From Octopus bimaculoides (lineage: Eukaryota), in assembly GCF_001194135.2 (NCBI RefSeq), contig NC_068984.1:144285140-144333862 (forward strand): DNA of 48,723 nt, in the 5' to 3' direction. A model generated the notes under the pieces. The model did no database searches. It saw nothing but the letters and a program-made list of their open reading frames with translations, and was not told the origin of the DNA. How positions within the stretch are numbered: the first letter of the stretch is position 1; the number at the start of each line of letters is the position of its first letter. The translations under genes were made by a program, and so were the position numbers. Shown in pieces: positions 12,120 to 23,997 of this stretch.

Positions 12120-12177
12120 CCCTTTAGCTTTTAGACTGGCCATATCAGACCCAAATATTCCACCCATTGCTAAAGGA
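12120..12177. mobile_element. 58-bp minimal piggyBac-like MITE (deletion derivative of the 3888 family)
   Basis: TTAA|CCCTTTAGC...GCTAAAGGA|TTAA; internal ggccatatc shared with the 3888-4105 element. Confidence 0.8.
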
Positions 12178-12450
12178 TTAAACAGCAACACTAATGAGTG
12201 AATGACTATGTGTGTGTCTACAAAACATATACACACACATATATACATAAGACATACATGTGCTTGTGTGTCAGCATGCATAACATATGACTTCATTGCT
12301 TGAACAAGGTGGTGGGATCTCTTCTATGGCATCAAATCGAAAAGAAACTATCCTTCCTTAACATTTTGTATGTTTCATGCTCCATGTAAGCATATTTGTA
12401 TGTATATATATATGTGTATATATGTGCTTATCTTTTGAATATATGTAGTT

Positions 12451-12488
<38 letters not shown>

Positions 12489-12659
12489 TACGTATGTTTG
12501 TATGCACACATATCTATTTATCTATATATAAATACATGTGTGTGTATGTACATATATGTATGTATGTATGTACACATATCTATCTATTTATAAATACGTG
12601 TGTGTATATATATGTATGTATGTATATGTATCTATATAAATACATGTGTATGTGTATAT

Positions 12660-12800
12660 GCACACACAATCACATGAGAGTACGCGTGTGTGTATATGCA
12701 CACAACCACATGTGAGTACGTGTGTGTGTGTGTGTGTGTATATATATGCACACAACCACACGTGAGAGTACGTGTGTGTGTGTGTGTGTGCGTGTGTGTG
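12660..12800. repeat. Three degenerate copies of atatgcacacaaccacatgtgagtacg separated by (TG)n
   Basis: Direct reading. Confidence 0.85.
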
Positions 12801-13983
12801 TGTGTATCTACACATACACACATGGAGGCGTGTGTACATTTCTGCTCCTATGCATGTATGCACATGCATGAGCTTATGTGCAAAAATATTCTAGGAAATA
12901 TGAACATTCACAAGTAATCTCATATGGCAGCAATCATCATCATCATCATCATCAACACCTTTATAAATATTTCGTCATGGTTGGATGGGACATCCCCAGT
13001 CATCCTTATCCCGCATCAGCTGCCAGACTCAATATCCCAGTTCTACAACAGCTTGCCTCCACCCTCAACATGCATCATTCATCCATATGCTGTATTACAT
13101 CTCAATATCAATGCAGTCACCTTCTCAATGTGCAGTCAGTCACCTTCTCGATGTGCACAAGCAATTTCTCTGACTCACTGCATATCTAGTGAACCAGAAC
13201 AATTCCGTTCCCCTCTCTCTCTCATTATTGCTGCTAACAGTCCTCTCCATCTTCACCGCCATATTCTTGATAATGGGCCAATGAGGTAAACAGGATAAAT
13301 GGGTGTTCAACTCGCTAGAAATAACAGGCAAAATCTCTCCCGTTTCTCACCTTAATGACTTACAAGAGAAAGAACACTCGATGATGTAATCCCAGAATGC
13401 ATGGTCATGACTAAGATCTCATTGATCACAGATCTGTGGAACCGGGACTAAACAACAAGTTATGACACACATAACAGGGTTTAAACATCTACAAAAGTGT
13501 CCATGGAAACTAGTTATGGTGAGAGCAGCTGCCTGTTAGAAATATTGATATCAATACTGTCAAGTCACAAGACATTGTCTCCTTCATTGGCTGTGTTCCA
13601 CATTCCAGGAAATTACCAATGTTAATTCCTAACGGGTTTCCTTTTAACTACCAATGTTTAGTCCCAGATCAGGTCTGATCAAGTAGTCCTGTGATCAAAT
13701 GTATTCCAATAGTGACCATTCCATCGTCTTTTTACAGTGACTGAGAAGTTAATTAAAAGTATCAGTTAAAAGATGGTAAAGTATAATTTGAGGAGGATTT
13801 GACTACTTTTTCTAGAGATTGAGAAATTATATGCACCCCCTCAATAGTTCATCCCCTAACTGTAGTTAAGTCTTCTTGAGTAAGAACTGTTGCTACATCA
13901 TCATCATCATCATCATCATGATGATGATGATGATGATGTTGCTACATAAACCAAAATATGAAGAAAGCATCACAAATTAGAAG

Positions 13984-14212
13984 CGGCGAGCTGGCAGAAA
14001 CATTAACGCGACGTGCTAAATGCTTAGCGGTATTTCGTCTACCACTACATTCTGAGTTCGAATTCCGCCAAGGTCAACTTTGCTTTTCATCCTTTCGGGG
14101 TCGATTAAATAAGTACCATTTACGCACTGGGATCGATATAATCGACTTAATCCGTTTGTCTGTCCTTATTTGTCCCCTCTGTGTGTAGCCCCTTGTGGGC
14201 AGTAAAGAAATA
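13984..14212 (+). mobile_element. Well-preserved tRNA-derived SINE
   Basis: ggcgagctggcagaaac.. A-box, gagttcgaattcc B-box, ttttcatcctttcggggtcgattaaataagtacc core, A-rich tail. Confidence 0.9.
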
Positions 14213-15589
14213 AGAAGCATCATTAGCATTTAACACATGTCTTTGATGTCGACATGGGTTGGAAGGTTTGACAAGAGTTAGCAAGCCAGATTTTTTAGAC
14301 GTCGAATGGCTATGAGGGTCCATAAGGGTCCATAAGCAAAAAATAGTTAGGGACCATTTAGATTTGATTCAAAGAAATGAACAGTGGAATGATGGAAAGG
14401 GAGAGAGGGGTGATTCTTGGATTATATTCAAAGGAAATGACCAAGTCATGAATCTTGACAGATATTTTAGTCTTCAAAGAACTGTGTGATTCACTAACAT
14501 CATTTTAACACCAAAGTCTTCATGTTGGGATTTCCCTGTGGCACATTTCTGGCAATGATGCTAAGATTTCTTTCTGTCAAGCTTCTGTTAAGGAAAGTTA
14601 AGCCTTGTAAAATAATTTTTGTTTCTTTTTAAATGACAAAATAAGAAAGACATTTCAAACAAATGAGATTTTCGTAAGGTTAATGCAACGGTGTTGTTGG
14701 TGCTCTTGTTTTGCCTTGTGTTGTTTTTGCTCAATAAACACTCGCAATGCCCAATCTGGGAATTGAAACCGTGATCCTACGATCGCAAGTGCACTGCCCT
14801 AACCACTGGGCCATTGCACCTCCACGTTGACTTATATATTGTATGAGGAAAAGGTAGTCAGTATTTGCCAAAATTAAAAGGTACCATTCCATGATGAAGT
14901 AGGAATGATTCTCAGAAAAAGACAGGAAGGTGAGAATAAAGGCCAGAATTTTAGAAGGGTCCATTGTAGCGATGGGGGAGAAGAAACAGACTGGAGGTAT
15001 GGTGGACCAGAAAACAAAACAACAAAATAAGCCACAATTATTCTTAAATTCTAAAGAGTTCATTTTTATAGAAGGTTTATAAATTCTTTGAATTTCTAAA
15101 AACTGACAACACAGTTTTGTATAAATTATTATTACGACTACCACCACTACTACCCTGACTACTACAGCCACTAGTAATACTACTACTGCCATTATTACCA
15201 TTTCTGAATGTTCAGTTCAAAAAGTGTGAATTTCTGCCTCTTACATTCCTGCTATTGATAAACATTTTTGATGACAGACGTGTCAAAATTTAAAGAATTT
15301 TATTTTTTTGTTTTTTGTTTTACACTTCCACTCTTTTGACCCACACTGAATTATCTAAAACTCATTACAACATTCATTAAATATTTGAAGCAGCTATAGA
15401 ATAATTTTTTGTTAAAGCTTATAACTCCTCCCGCCAAGACAAAAATATCAACAATCTTTGATTAAAACACAAAAAAAAATACAATGGTAAAATAACTGAA
15501 ATGTTTAAGGACCACAGTGATTACAGGGATCAGATATTACACATAGGGTCCTAGTGTTATACATTAGGGGATCAGACACCAAATATACA

Positions 15590-15882
15590 CAAGGGTCTTG
15601 GCCAATGCCAGCGCCGCCTTGACTGGCTCCCGGGCCAGTGGCATGTAAAAAGCACCGATCATGATCGATGCCAGCCCCCTCTGGCCCGTGCCAATAGCAC
15701 ATAAAAAAGCACCCACTACACTCTCAGAGTGGTTGGCGTTAGGAAGGGCATCCAGTTGTAGAAACATTGCCAGATCAGACTGGAGCCTGGTGCAGCCTCC
15801 TGGCTTCCCAGACCCCAATTGAACCGTCCAACCCATGCCAGCATGGAAAACGGATGTTAAACGATGATCATGATGATGATGA
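15590..15882 (+). mobile_element. SINE/LINE-tail repeat (gttggcgttaggaagggcatccag family) with (GAT)n tail
   Basis: Ends ..ccatgccagcatggaaaacggatgttaaacgatgatcatgatgat; many copies on both strands of the window. Confidence 0.9.
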
Positions 15883-15889
15883 TGTTGTA

Positions 15890-16025
15890 AGCTTGTTTTC
15901 AAACTATGTGGTCTTAGGTTCAGTCCCATTCTACAGTACCTTGAGAAAATGCCTTCTACTATAGCCCTGGGCCAACTAAAGCCTTATCAATGGATTTGGT
16001 AGATGGAAAGTGAAAGAAAACAAAC
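15890..16025 (+). mobile_element. tRNA-headed SINE 5' part (ggttcagtccc..gaaactgaaagaag family)
   Basis: Matches 5725-5890 and 25418-25560; reverse copies at 42867-43010 and 46020-46175. Confidence 0.75.
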
Positions 16026-16237
16026 ATCGTATCATACAAGTGAGATTGTAGTGATCAGTAGATTTTGCTTGTACCACAAAAAATACACCCTAGCAACCAC
16101 CCACAATGCTCAGCTACCCTCAATGCACTGATTATCACTCCTGTTTACATCATTGTGCTGCAAGGCTGTGAATATTTTATACGGATCTACATACATGTAG
16201 CCATCAACATGGGACCAGTAAACAGAAGAGACAGAGG

Positions 16238-16584
16238 CATTTACATTATTTACATTTGATGGATATTTGTCCTCATCTTGTTTGTCGCTAACACATTTCG
16301 GCTCATATACCCTCCAGCCTTCATCACTGGCATATGGCGTCGTGGTTAAGAGCATGGGCTACTAACCACAAGATTCAGAGTTCGATTCCAGGCAGTGACC
16401 TGAATAATAATAACATTGAAAAATACCTTAGGAATCAGAACCCAGGTTCAAAATTTCCCCAAGACACCTGATGAAGGCTGGAGGGTATATCAGCTGAAAT
16501 GTTGTGTTAAAAAACAAACAAGATAAGAGCAAATATCCGACAAATGTAAATAATGTACATAATTCCTCATCTCTTAAATATAGA
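16238..16584 (+). mobile_element. tRNA-headed, hammerhead-bearing retroelement with an inverted partial duplication (Penelope-like architecture)
   Basis: A-box TGGCGTCGTGG 16335-16345, B-box GAGTTCGATTCC 16378-16389, hammerhead 16463-16508, inverted arms of about 88-92 bp (16239-16326 vs 16469-16560), direct repeat ACAGAGG at 16231-16237 and 16585-16591. Confidence 0.75.
16463..16508 (+). ncRNA. Minimal type I hammerhead ribozyme motif
   Basis: Stem I GACAC/GUGUU; CUGAUGA 16468-16474 plus extra A; stem II GGCUG/CAGCU with 10-nt loop; GAAA 16496-16499; A-UG-U mini stem III; GUU cleavage triplet. Confidence 0.7.
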
Positions 16585-17615
16585 ACAGAGGAATTTGATC
16601 TTCATAAATGATGCAGACAAATGTTTTCTCTACATAGAAAGGTAGAGATGATGAAGAAAATGTTTGACAATGGAATATTCACTGCTGTGGGCCATGAGTT
16701 TGGTGAAGCTACCAAAACATGTAATGATTAGCATCAGAAAGGAAATCCAACCATGGAATGTCACCAAAAGAAGTTTTATCCAATCCAAGCCAACATGGAA
16801 AAAAAAAACGATATGTCCATCAAAGCAGATCTCTGTAACCCATGTCATGATAACACAGTAAATTGGTGATAATTATATCAGGAGTCTGTAACAGAGAAGA
16901 AGTCGATGACATAAAGGTTGTGTTGGTTGAAACGAAACCAGTTGTGGAATTTGTGATTGTAGACAAACCAATTTTATGACTAGCATCAAAGTTTAGCACA
17001 GATGAACATAAAAGAAACACTTAAAATAGACGCAACCTGATAAAGAAAAAAAAATATCACCCATACAGAAATTTGTTTTCATTTCAGAAAATATAAATAG
17101 TAACAATTATATTTCAATAATGACTGTTTTATAAACAATTATTTAACAGAAATAATAAATGGGAAGAATAGAATTCTTTCTTTCCACCATCCAAACTATG
17201 GCATTGGTCACTAGTAACTATTGTTTAGGCTGCAGCAGTCTTTTATTAGATCATACTGTTTATATAATGCAGAATGGGTGGTTGTTGTTGTTCATGTTGT
17301 TTAGTCCCAAGATCAGTTCTGACAAAGGTATTCAACACATTTTGTTTGTTTGTTTGTTTGTTTTCCCTGCACCCCAGACTTCACCATCTTGTATCCATGG
17401 GGTATAGTTTAACCTTTTAGCATTTAAACCAGCTATATCCGGCACAAACATCCTGTTCTATGTTCAAACCAGCCAGATCTGAACACTCGCACCTACCCTA
17501 CACTGAGTTACCTCTAAAAAGTCCAGTGTCACTGAAATAGGGGAGCTTAAAAATTAAACTGCTTCTCTGCAAAATCAGTAAATTTTAAATATAAACTAAA
17601 ACCACGAAAACTCAC

Positions 17616-17623
17616 CGAATCCA
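17616..17623 (-). CDS. Candidate 8-nt microexon TGGATTCG
   Basis: Acceptor ggtttatggttctcttttAG| and donor TCG|GTGAGT are both near-consensus; unique flanks retaining CpGs. Confidence 0.5.
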
Positions 17624-17736
17624 CTAAAAGAGAACCATAAACCGGAAATCAATATTGTTGTGGTGAAGACACACCTCACTATAAAGGAATATTATCATTG
17701 TATAAAAATAAAACAAACATTTTCAATTACCTAAAT

Positions 17737-18034
17737 CAGGGGTCGGGAGAACTTTTTTAACCAATAACCCCAAAATATATTTATTTGGACAGATGTTACT
17801 CCCTTGATTTGAAAGGAAGAAAATCATAGATTCTTTGAATTGAAAAGGGTTATTAAATCCATTTACAGGTCCATTACATTGGACAGATGCAGTGTGGCCA
17901 GAATAGAAATTTCTTTCCAAACAAGGAACATGATTTTTTATATAATTTTACTTATGTCTAATGAGTCCTCATTACCCCCAAGAGTTTCATTTTTACCCCA
18001 TCTGGGGTAATCTAACCCAGTTCGCTGACCCCTG
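17737..18034. mobile_element. hAT (Charlie-like) MITE, 298 bp
   Basis: TIRs CAGGGGTCGGGAGAACT / AGTTCGCTGACCCCTG; 8-bp TSD ACCTAAAT / ATCTAAAT (7/8). Confidence 0.85.
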
Positions 18035-18057
18035 ATCTAAATCAAAGATGAAAATCA

Positions 18058-18250
18058 TCATCATCATTTAGCATCTGCTTTCCATGCTGGCATGGATTGC
18101 ACGCTTTGAGAGTAGCTGGAAAGCCAGAGAGCTGCACCGGCCCCAATTGTCTGTTGTGGCATGGTTTCTATGGCTGGATGCCTTTCCTAATGCCAACCAC
18201 TTTACAAAGTGGACTGGCTGCTTATTACATGGCACCAGCGTGTGTGTACA
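18058..18250 (-). mobile_element. SINE/LINE-tail repeat, antisense copy
   Basis: catcatcatttagcatctgctttccatgctggcatgg..ctggatgcctttcctaatgccaaccac. Confidence 0.85.
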
Positions 18251-18478
18251 TAAAAAACTGCCTCAGTTTACTAACTAACTCACAAGGAATTGGTCAGCTG
18301 TAGGCTATAGAAAACACTTTCCCAACACATTCCACCTGGTGAGACCAAATCCAAACTCACGTGGCTGTGAAGTAACCTTCATGACCATAAAACCATATTC
18401 TTTACTATCATGGAAAACGCATACTGAAACGTATGTAAGTACATCATCATCATCAACAAATCTAGATGAGGGGGTGTA

Positions 18479-18525
<47 letters not shown>

Positions 18526-18710
18526 ATGTATGTGTCTTTCACTGTGTGTAACTTGTGTCTCTGCATGCATGGTAATTTATTTACCTGAAGATAATAGCGT
18601 AAATAACAACAATAACCTCACAGTAGGGTACCGTACTATGGACTTTACCTTAATTAATGTTAAACACGTTAGCAAAGATAAAACAATTAGTCAAAATACA
18701 AATATAAATT

Positions 18711-18756
<46 letters not shown>

Positions 18757-18830
18757 CAATTAGAAAATGGAGGATAATATGCTGAACCCAACTACTTGCA
18801 GACGGTGTATCCCGTTGAATTCATTAATTT

Positions 18831-19297
18831 NNNNNNNNNNNNNNNNNNNNNNNNNNNNNNNNNNNNNNNNNNNNNNNNNNNNNNNNNNNNNNNNNNNNNN
18901 NNNNNNNNNNNNNNNNNNNNNNNNNNNNNNNNNNNNNNNNNNNNNNNNNNNNNNNNNNNNNNNNNNNNNNNNNNNNNNNNNNNNNNNNNNNNNNNNNNNN
19001 NNNNNNNNNNNNNNNNNNNNNNNNNNNNNNNNNNNNNNNNNNNNNNNNNNNNNNNNNNNNNNNNNNNNNNNNNNNNNNNNNNNNNNNNNNNNNNNNNNNN
19101 NNNNNNNNNNNNNNNNNNNNNNNNNNNNNNNNNNNNNNNNNNNNNNNNNNNNNNNNNNNNNNNNNNNNNNNNNNNNNNNNNNNNNNNNNNNNNNNNNNNN
19201 NNNNNNNNNNNNNNNNNNNNNNNNNNNNNNNNNNNNNNNNNNNNNNNNNNNNNNNNNNNNNNNNNNNNNNNNNNNNNNNNNNNNNNNNNNNNNNNNN
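18831..19297. other. Assembly gap (N run); other gaps at 21956-22090, 24410-25003, 31482-31579, 33428-33521, 42769-42866, 45553-45966
   Basis: N runs, mostly abutting microsatellites. Confidence 1.
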
Positions 19298-19469
19298 AGT
19301 AAATGAGTATATGCATATATACGTACAGGTATGTGCATACCGACATCCACCTGTATGTATAGGTGCATATCTGGGTACAGGACATTGCAAACAAAACGTA
19401 GACAAGAAAACACACAAGCCACATAGTGAACATTTTCCTTCATCAGCTACCCCCGTTTTAACACCGGCG

Positions 19470-19510
<41 letters not shown>

Positions 19511-20141
19511 CACACACACGTCTACACTGATATACACAGAAGACAAGCTGCATTACCTACTTTCTTAAAAAATATATATATACCAAAATCAATATTAAAC
19601 ATGTAAGATTTGAAAATAGTAATAATCAATAAGAACGTTTAAAAAAATAAACCTATCTCATAGATATTTCTAATTATGTGTGTACATAAATACAGGCATT
19701 GTACACACAAAGACATACATACACACACACACACTCATTAGACATACATACACAAACCATATATAAATACAGACATACACATTAAATATACATATATATA
19801 TATATATATATTGTGTGTATATATATATATATATATATACACACACATATACACACATACATATATATACACACATTAAATATATACATTTTGTGTGTGT
19901 ATATATATACACACATATATACACACATACATACATACACACACATATATACATATATATATATACATACATACAATTATATATACATATGCACACACAT
20001 TTGTACATATATATATATATACACACATATATACACAAAATATATACACAAACACAAGATATACACACACACACATTAATATATATACACACAATAAATA
20101 TACATACACATTAATACATATATATACATACACATTAATAC

Positions 20142-20174
<33 letters not shown>

Positions 20175-21199
20175 TTAATATATATATAAACATTAATATG
20201 TATACACACACATTATGTGTGTGAGAGAGAGAAAATATATATTTCTGAAAATCAAAAATCAAACCAGGACACAAAAATATTGTTTGTTGAAGACTTAACT
20301 AATTCTAGTTGATTCACTATCGATCTATAAACACATTGTAATAATCTATATGGCAACCCGAGTTCAGCATATTGCACTCCTCCTCTCACTCTCACTCAAC
20401 CTCTCAATCTCTCTCTCTGTATTCATCAAATACAATATGCACGTATCTAACTATGCATGCACACACCCATATACACAAACATCTCTATGGGCATAAACAT
20501 ACAGACATACACACATCTATAGACATACACACACACACACAATCGTGAGACAGAAGGAATTTTTAAGAGAATGATAAAGATCACTGAACTAAAGAGAGGC
20601 TAAATGCTAAACAACAAAGTCTCCTGACTATTAACGACATCATCATCATCATCAATACCAATGACGACATCATCATTGATGACCAATCATCTATAAGTGG
20701 TAACTATAGCAACAACGCCCAGGTTCCTGTTGCAGACACACAGACACGAGTCTGCAGATTAGTTTCAATGGCACTCATCTATTAGTACTGGATCATCTGT
20801 TATACGCATACATATGTACATTAATATGCATACATAGACATACATACATACATACATACATACATACATACAATCATACATTTACACACACATACATGTA
20901 ATATGCAATGCATGATAGATAGATCGATAGATAGATAGATAAATACACGGAGACAGTTAGAAGGATAGAAAGACAGAGAGAAGGATAGAAGGATAGATAC
21001 TCATTTAATATACATCCAACATGCTAGAGCATCAAACAAATTTTGCTTGCAATGATACTTTTTTTCTATCTCATAAATAATAGATATACAGGCATAATAT
21101 ATGCTTATAATATATATGCACATATAATATATATACATACACACACACACATTCATTTTCTATCTTAGATACCATCACCATTGTTTAATGTGTGTGTGT

Positions 21200-21345
21200 G
21201 TTTTTTTTTTCCATGCTGGCAAGGTTTGGACAATTCAAGAGAAGTTGGCAAGCCACAAGTCTGTGCCAAGCTCCAATGCCTGCTCTGGCAATGGTTTCTA
21301 CAGCTCGATGCCCTTCCTAATGCCAACCACTCCGAGAGTGCACTC
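21200..21345 (-). mobile_element. SINE/LINE-tail repeat, antisense copy
   Basis: ctcgatgcccttcctaatgccaaccactccgagagtg. Confidence 0.8.
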
Positions 21346-21683
21346 TTATCTTTTACTTGCTTCAGTCATTAGACTAGACTGTGGCCATGCTGGGGCACCA
21401 CCTTGAAGAACTTTTAGCCAAAGTGAACTACTTAACCACACATTCATACCTACACACAGTCAAAAGGTAGGACGCTCAGTATAGAAAATGCATAGTAATG
21501 CTCAAATGAGTCCCACTCAAACTCTGAAATCTTTATCGAGGACCGAGTCCAGAGGGTAAAGAGTGGCCATAAGAGGAACGCAGCTGATATGGAGATAGTG
21601 ACGCACCTAAACACGCTCGGGCTTGATATACATATACACACACACACACACATATATATACACACACATATAGATATGCGTGT

Positions 21684-21717
<34 letters not shown>

Positions 21718-21914
21718 ATGTATATTCAGAAGATAAACAATATATGTACAAGCATACAGATATATGCTTGTACATGTTTTTATCATCTGAATATATTTAG
21801 TTGTGTGTGTTTCTATATATATATATATTTATTTATTTATCTGTAGCTATATGTGTATATGTATGTTTATATATATCAAACCTATTCATATTTATCTGCA
21901 TCTCTCTCTCTCTC

Positions 21915-21955
<41 letters not shown>

Positions 21956-22090
21956 NNNNNNNNNNNNNNNNNNNNNNNNNNNNNNNNNNNNNNNNNNNNN
22001 NNNNNNNNNNNNNNNNNNNNNNNNNNNNNNNNNNNNNNNNNNNNNNNNNNNNNNNNNNNNNNNNNNNNNNNNNNNNNNNNNNNNNNNNNN

Positions 22091-22139
<49 letters not shown>

Positions 22140-22399
22140 ATGTTATTTGTGTATGTGTATATATATATATTTAAGTTCAAAATGTTATGGAGAGACAAAA
22201 CATTAAAAGTTGTGCATTTTTCCTTTTTAATAAGCACACACACATTTCTTCATTTGTTTAGTTTTCCACGCAAGCAAGGGTTAAATGAGTACATACTGAG
22301 GTACTGTTTTATAGTCACTAAGTCTTACCTGTTTTTTTTAATAAGAGATATCTGTTTTCTGTTCTTTTCTGTCTTGCAACTTGGTGACTTCACTAGCGC

Positions 22400-22582
22400 C
22401 AGTGATGCAAAAAAAAAAAAGCATCCAGTACACAGTGTAAAGTGGTTGGCATTAGGAAGGGTATCCAGTTGTAGAAAACATGTTAAAGCAAACATTGGAG
22501 CTCAACACAGCCTTCCAGACCCTGTCAAAGCATTCACCCCTTGCCAGCATGGAAAACAGATGTTATATAATGACGAACATCA
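22400..22582 (+). mobile_element. SINE/LINE-tail repeat, sense copy
   Basis: gtggttggcattaggaagggtatccagttgtagaaaac..gccagcatggaaaacagatgtt. Confidence 0.8.
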
Positions 22583-23799
22583 ATAAATTGCTATTTGTGT
22601 CCATATTATGTATATTTTGGTGCATGTATGTGCATGCTAAAACTCTAGTTCCAAAGGACATTAAACTTGCTGCATTTTTTTCCCACTTCACCAAGGATAC
22701 ATGTTACTAAGTTCTTTCAAATAACACCCAAAACAAAAATGTTCTTTGAAGGGAAAAGAACATTCTTATAAAAGGCTGAATTCATATTGGATCAGAATAC
22801 ACTTTTATGGAAGTGTCTATAAAGTTGATCCTGGAATATTTCAAGTCACAGACGCTCTTATGTGAAATCAAAGGACCATAATTATTTCACTGACATCAAA
22901 CAAGAGAGGGTCAGGTTTGTGTTACATCCAGAGAAGCAGGTTCCAGGTGAGATTGTCAGTGGAAAACATCTCAATGATGGAAGCAGTTGATTCACAATCA
23001 CCTTCAAAACTGTGAAGCCTTCTTCCAATTGCATTGAAAAACTTGTTGACTGTAAATTTGTCAATGATTTGAGACTGGAATTTTAAAAGTGATTCATTCC
23101 ATGATTATAAGTAGAACAACATAATCCAAAGGGTCAACATGGACTCTCTTAAGGGCTTAATTTTGTGGTTCAATTTATGGCTTGATGAACCTGGACGAAC
23201 AAGAAAACCCTCTCTGAAAACTTAATGTTGCTAGTTGAAGTACAAAAACATGGAGGAAATCACCAAAGTCATTGCATCTTGAGGTATTGCTGTCCCTCTA
23301 TTGTCTGGGGGCCAAAACAACTCACAGTGCAGTCAAACTACCAGTGAATCTCAACAACCTATAACATAGGCAAAGGAACAGGAGCAGCAGAAGTGTTAAA
23401 ACGGCAGCCATCGTTATCATTTAGTGACCCTTTTTCCATGCCATTCAGGATGGTCTGACAGCAACTGACAAGCTGGAGGATCGAACAAAGCCCCAACATC
23501 TACTTTGGCAATGGTTTTTTACAGCTGGATGCCCTTCTTAAGATGAACCACAAATTTACAGTAAGTGCACCATGACCAAAAAGTCATTTTCTGAGACTTG
23601 AGATCAAATTATTGGGGTTATCAGAAGAAGAAATTATCCTTTTGATGAAGTAAGAGAACTCACAACGAGAGAGTTCCATCAGTACTTCCTTCCAGTTCTT
23701 TGAAAGGAGACAAGAGTTAATCAAATGAACAACTGCTTGAAATTTTCACATTTCTGGGGAGACGCGTAACCGTTTAGCTTTCTGATTATTCCTCTCTCA

Positions 23800-23997
23800 A
23801 ATATATTCATTCTTATTTATTCACATTGTCTTGAATTTATCACATATTATCTTTTAGCTTCAAGATTTCAATGATGTGATTGTTTATTTTCCGAATGACA
23901 TTGTAGAGTAGGTACGAAAGGTCTGATCTGGTCGGATTAAACACAAAACAGGTAGATATAGGCCTGATATGGCCAGTTTGAATACTAAAGAGTTGAA
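23800..23997 (-). mobile_element. Inverted, degraded copy of the 3888 piggyBac-like MITE family
   Basis: gatatggccagtttgaatactaaagagtt is the reverse complement of the family's left end; other partial copies at about 4838 and 17409. Confidence 0.65.

Noticed and set aside
7247-12800. CRISPR-like or other prokaryotic repeat arrays
   Set aside because: Repeats are low-complexity minisatellites without unique spacers; the context is eukaryotic
13984-14075. tRNA gene
   Set aside because: A and B boxes only, continuing into a SINE body; no cloverleaf
21450-21583. Minus-strand 134-nt exon candidate with good splice sites
   Set aside because: All three frames contain a stop; it could only be non-coding
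22830-23075. Plus-strand frame with one stop, gag/ORF1-like appearance
   Set aside because: No diagnostic motif intact; cannot support a call
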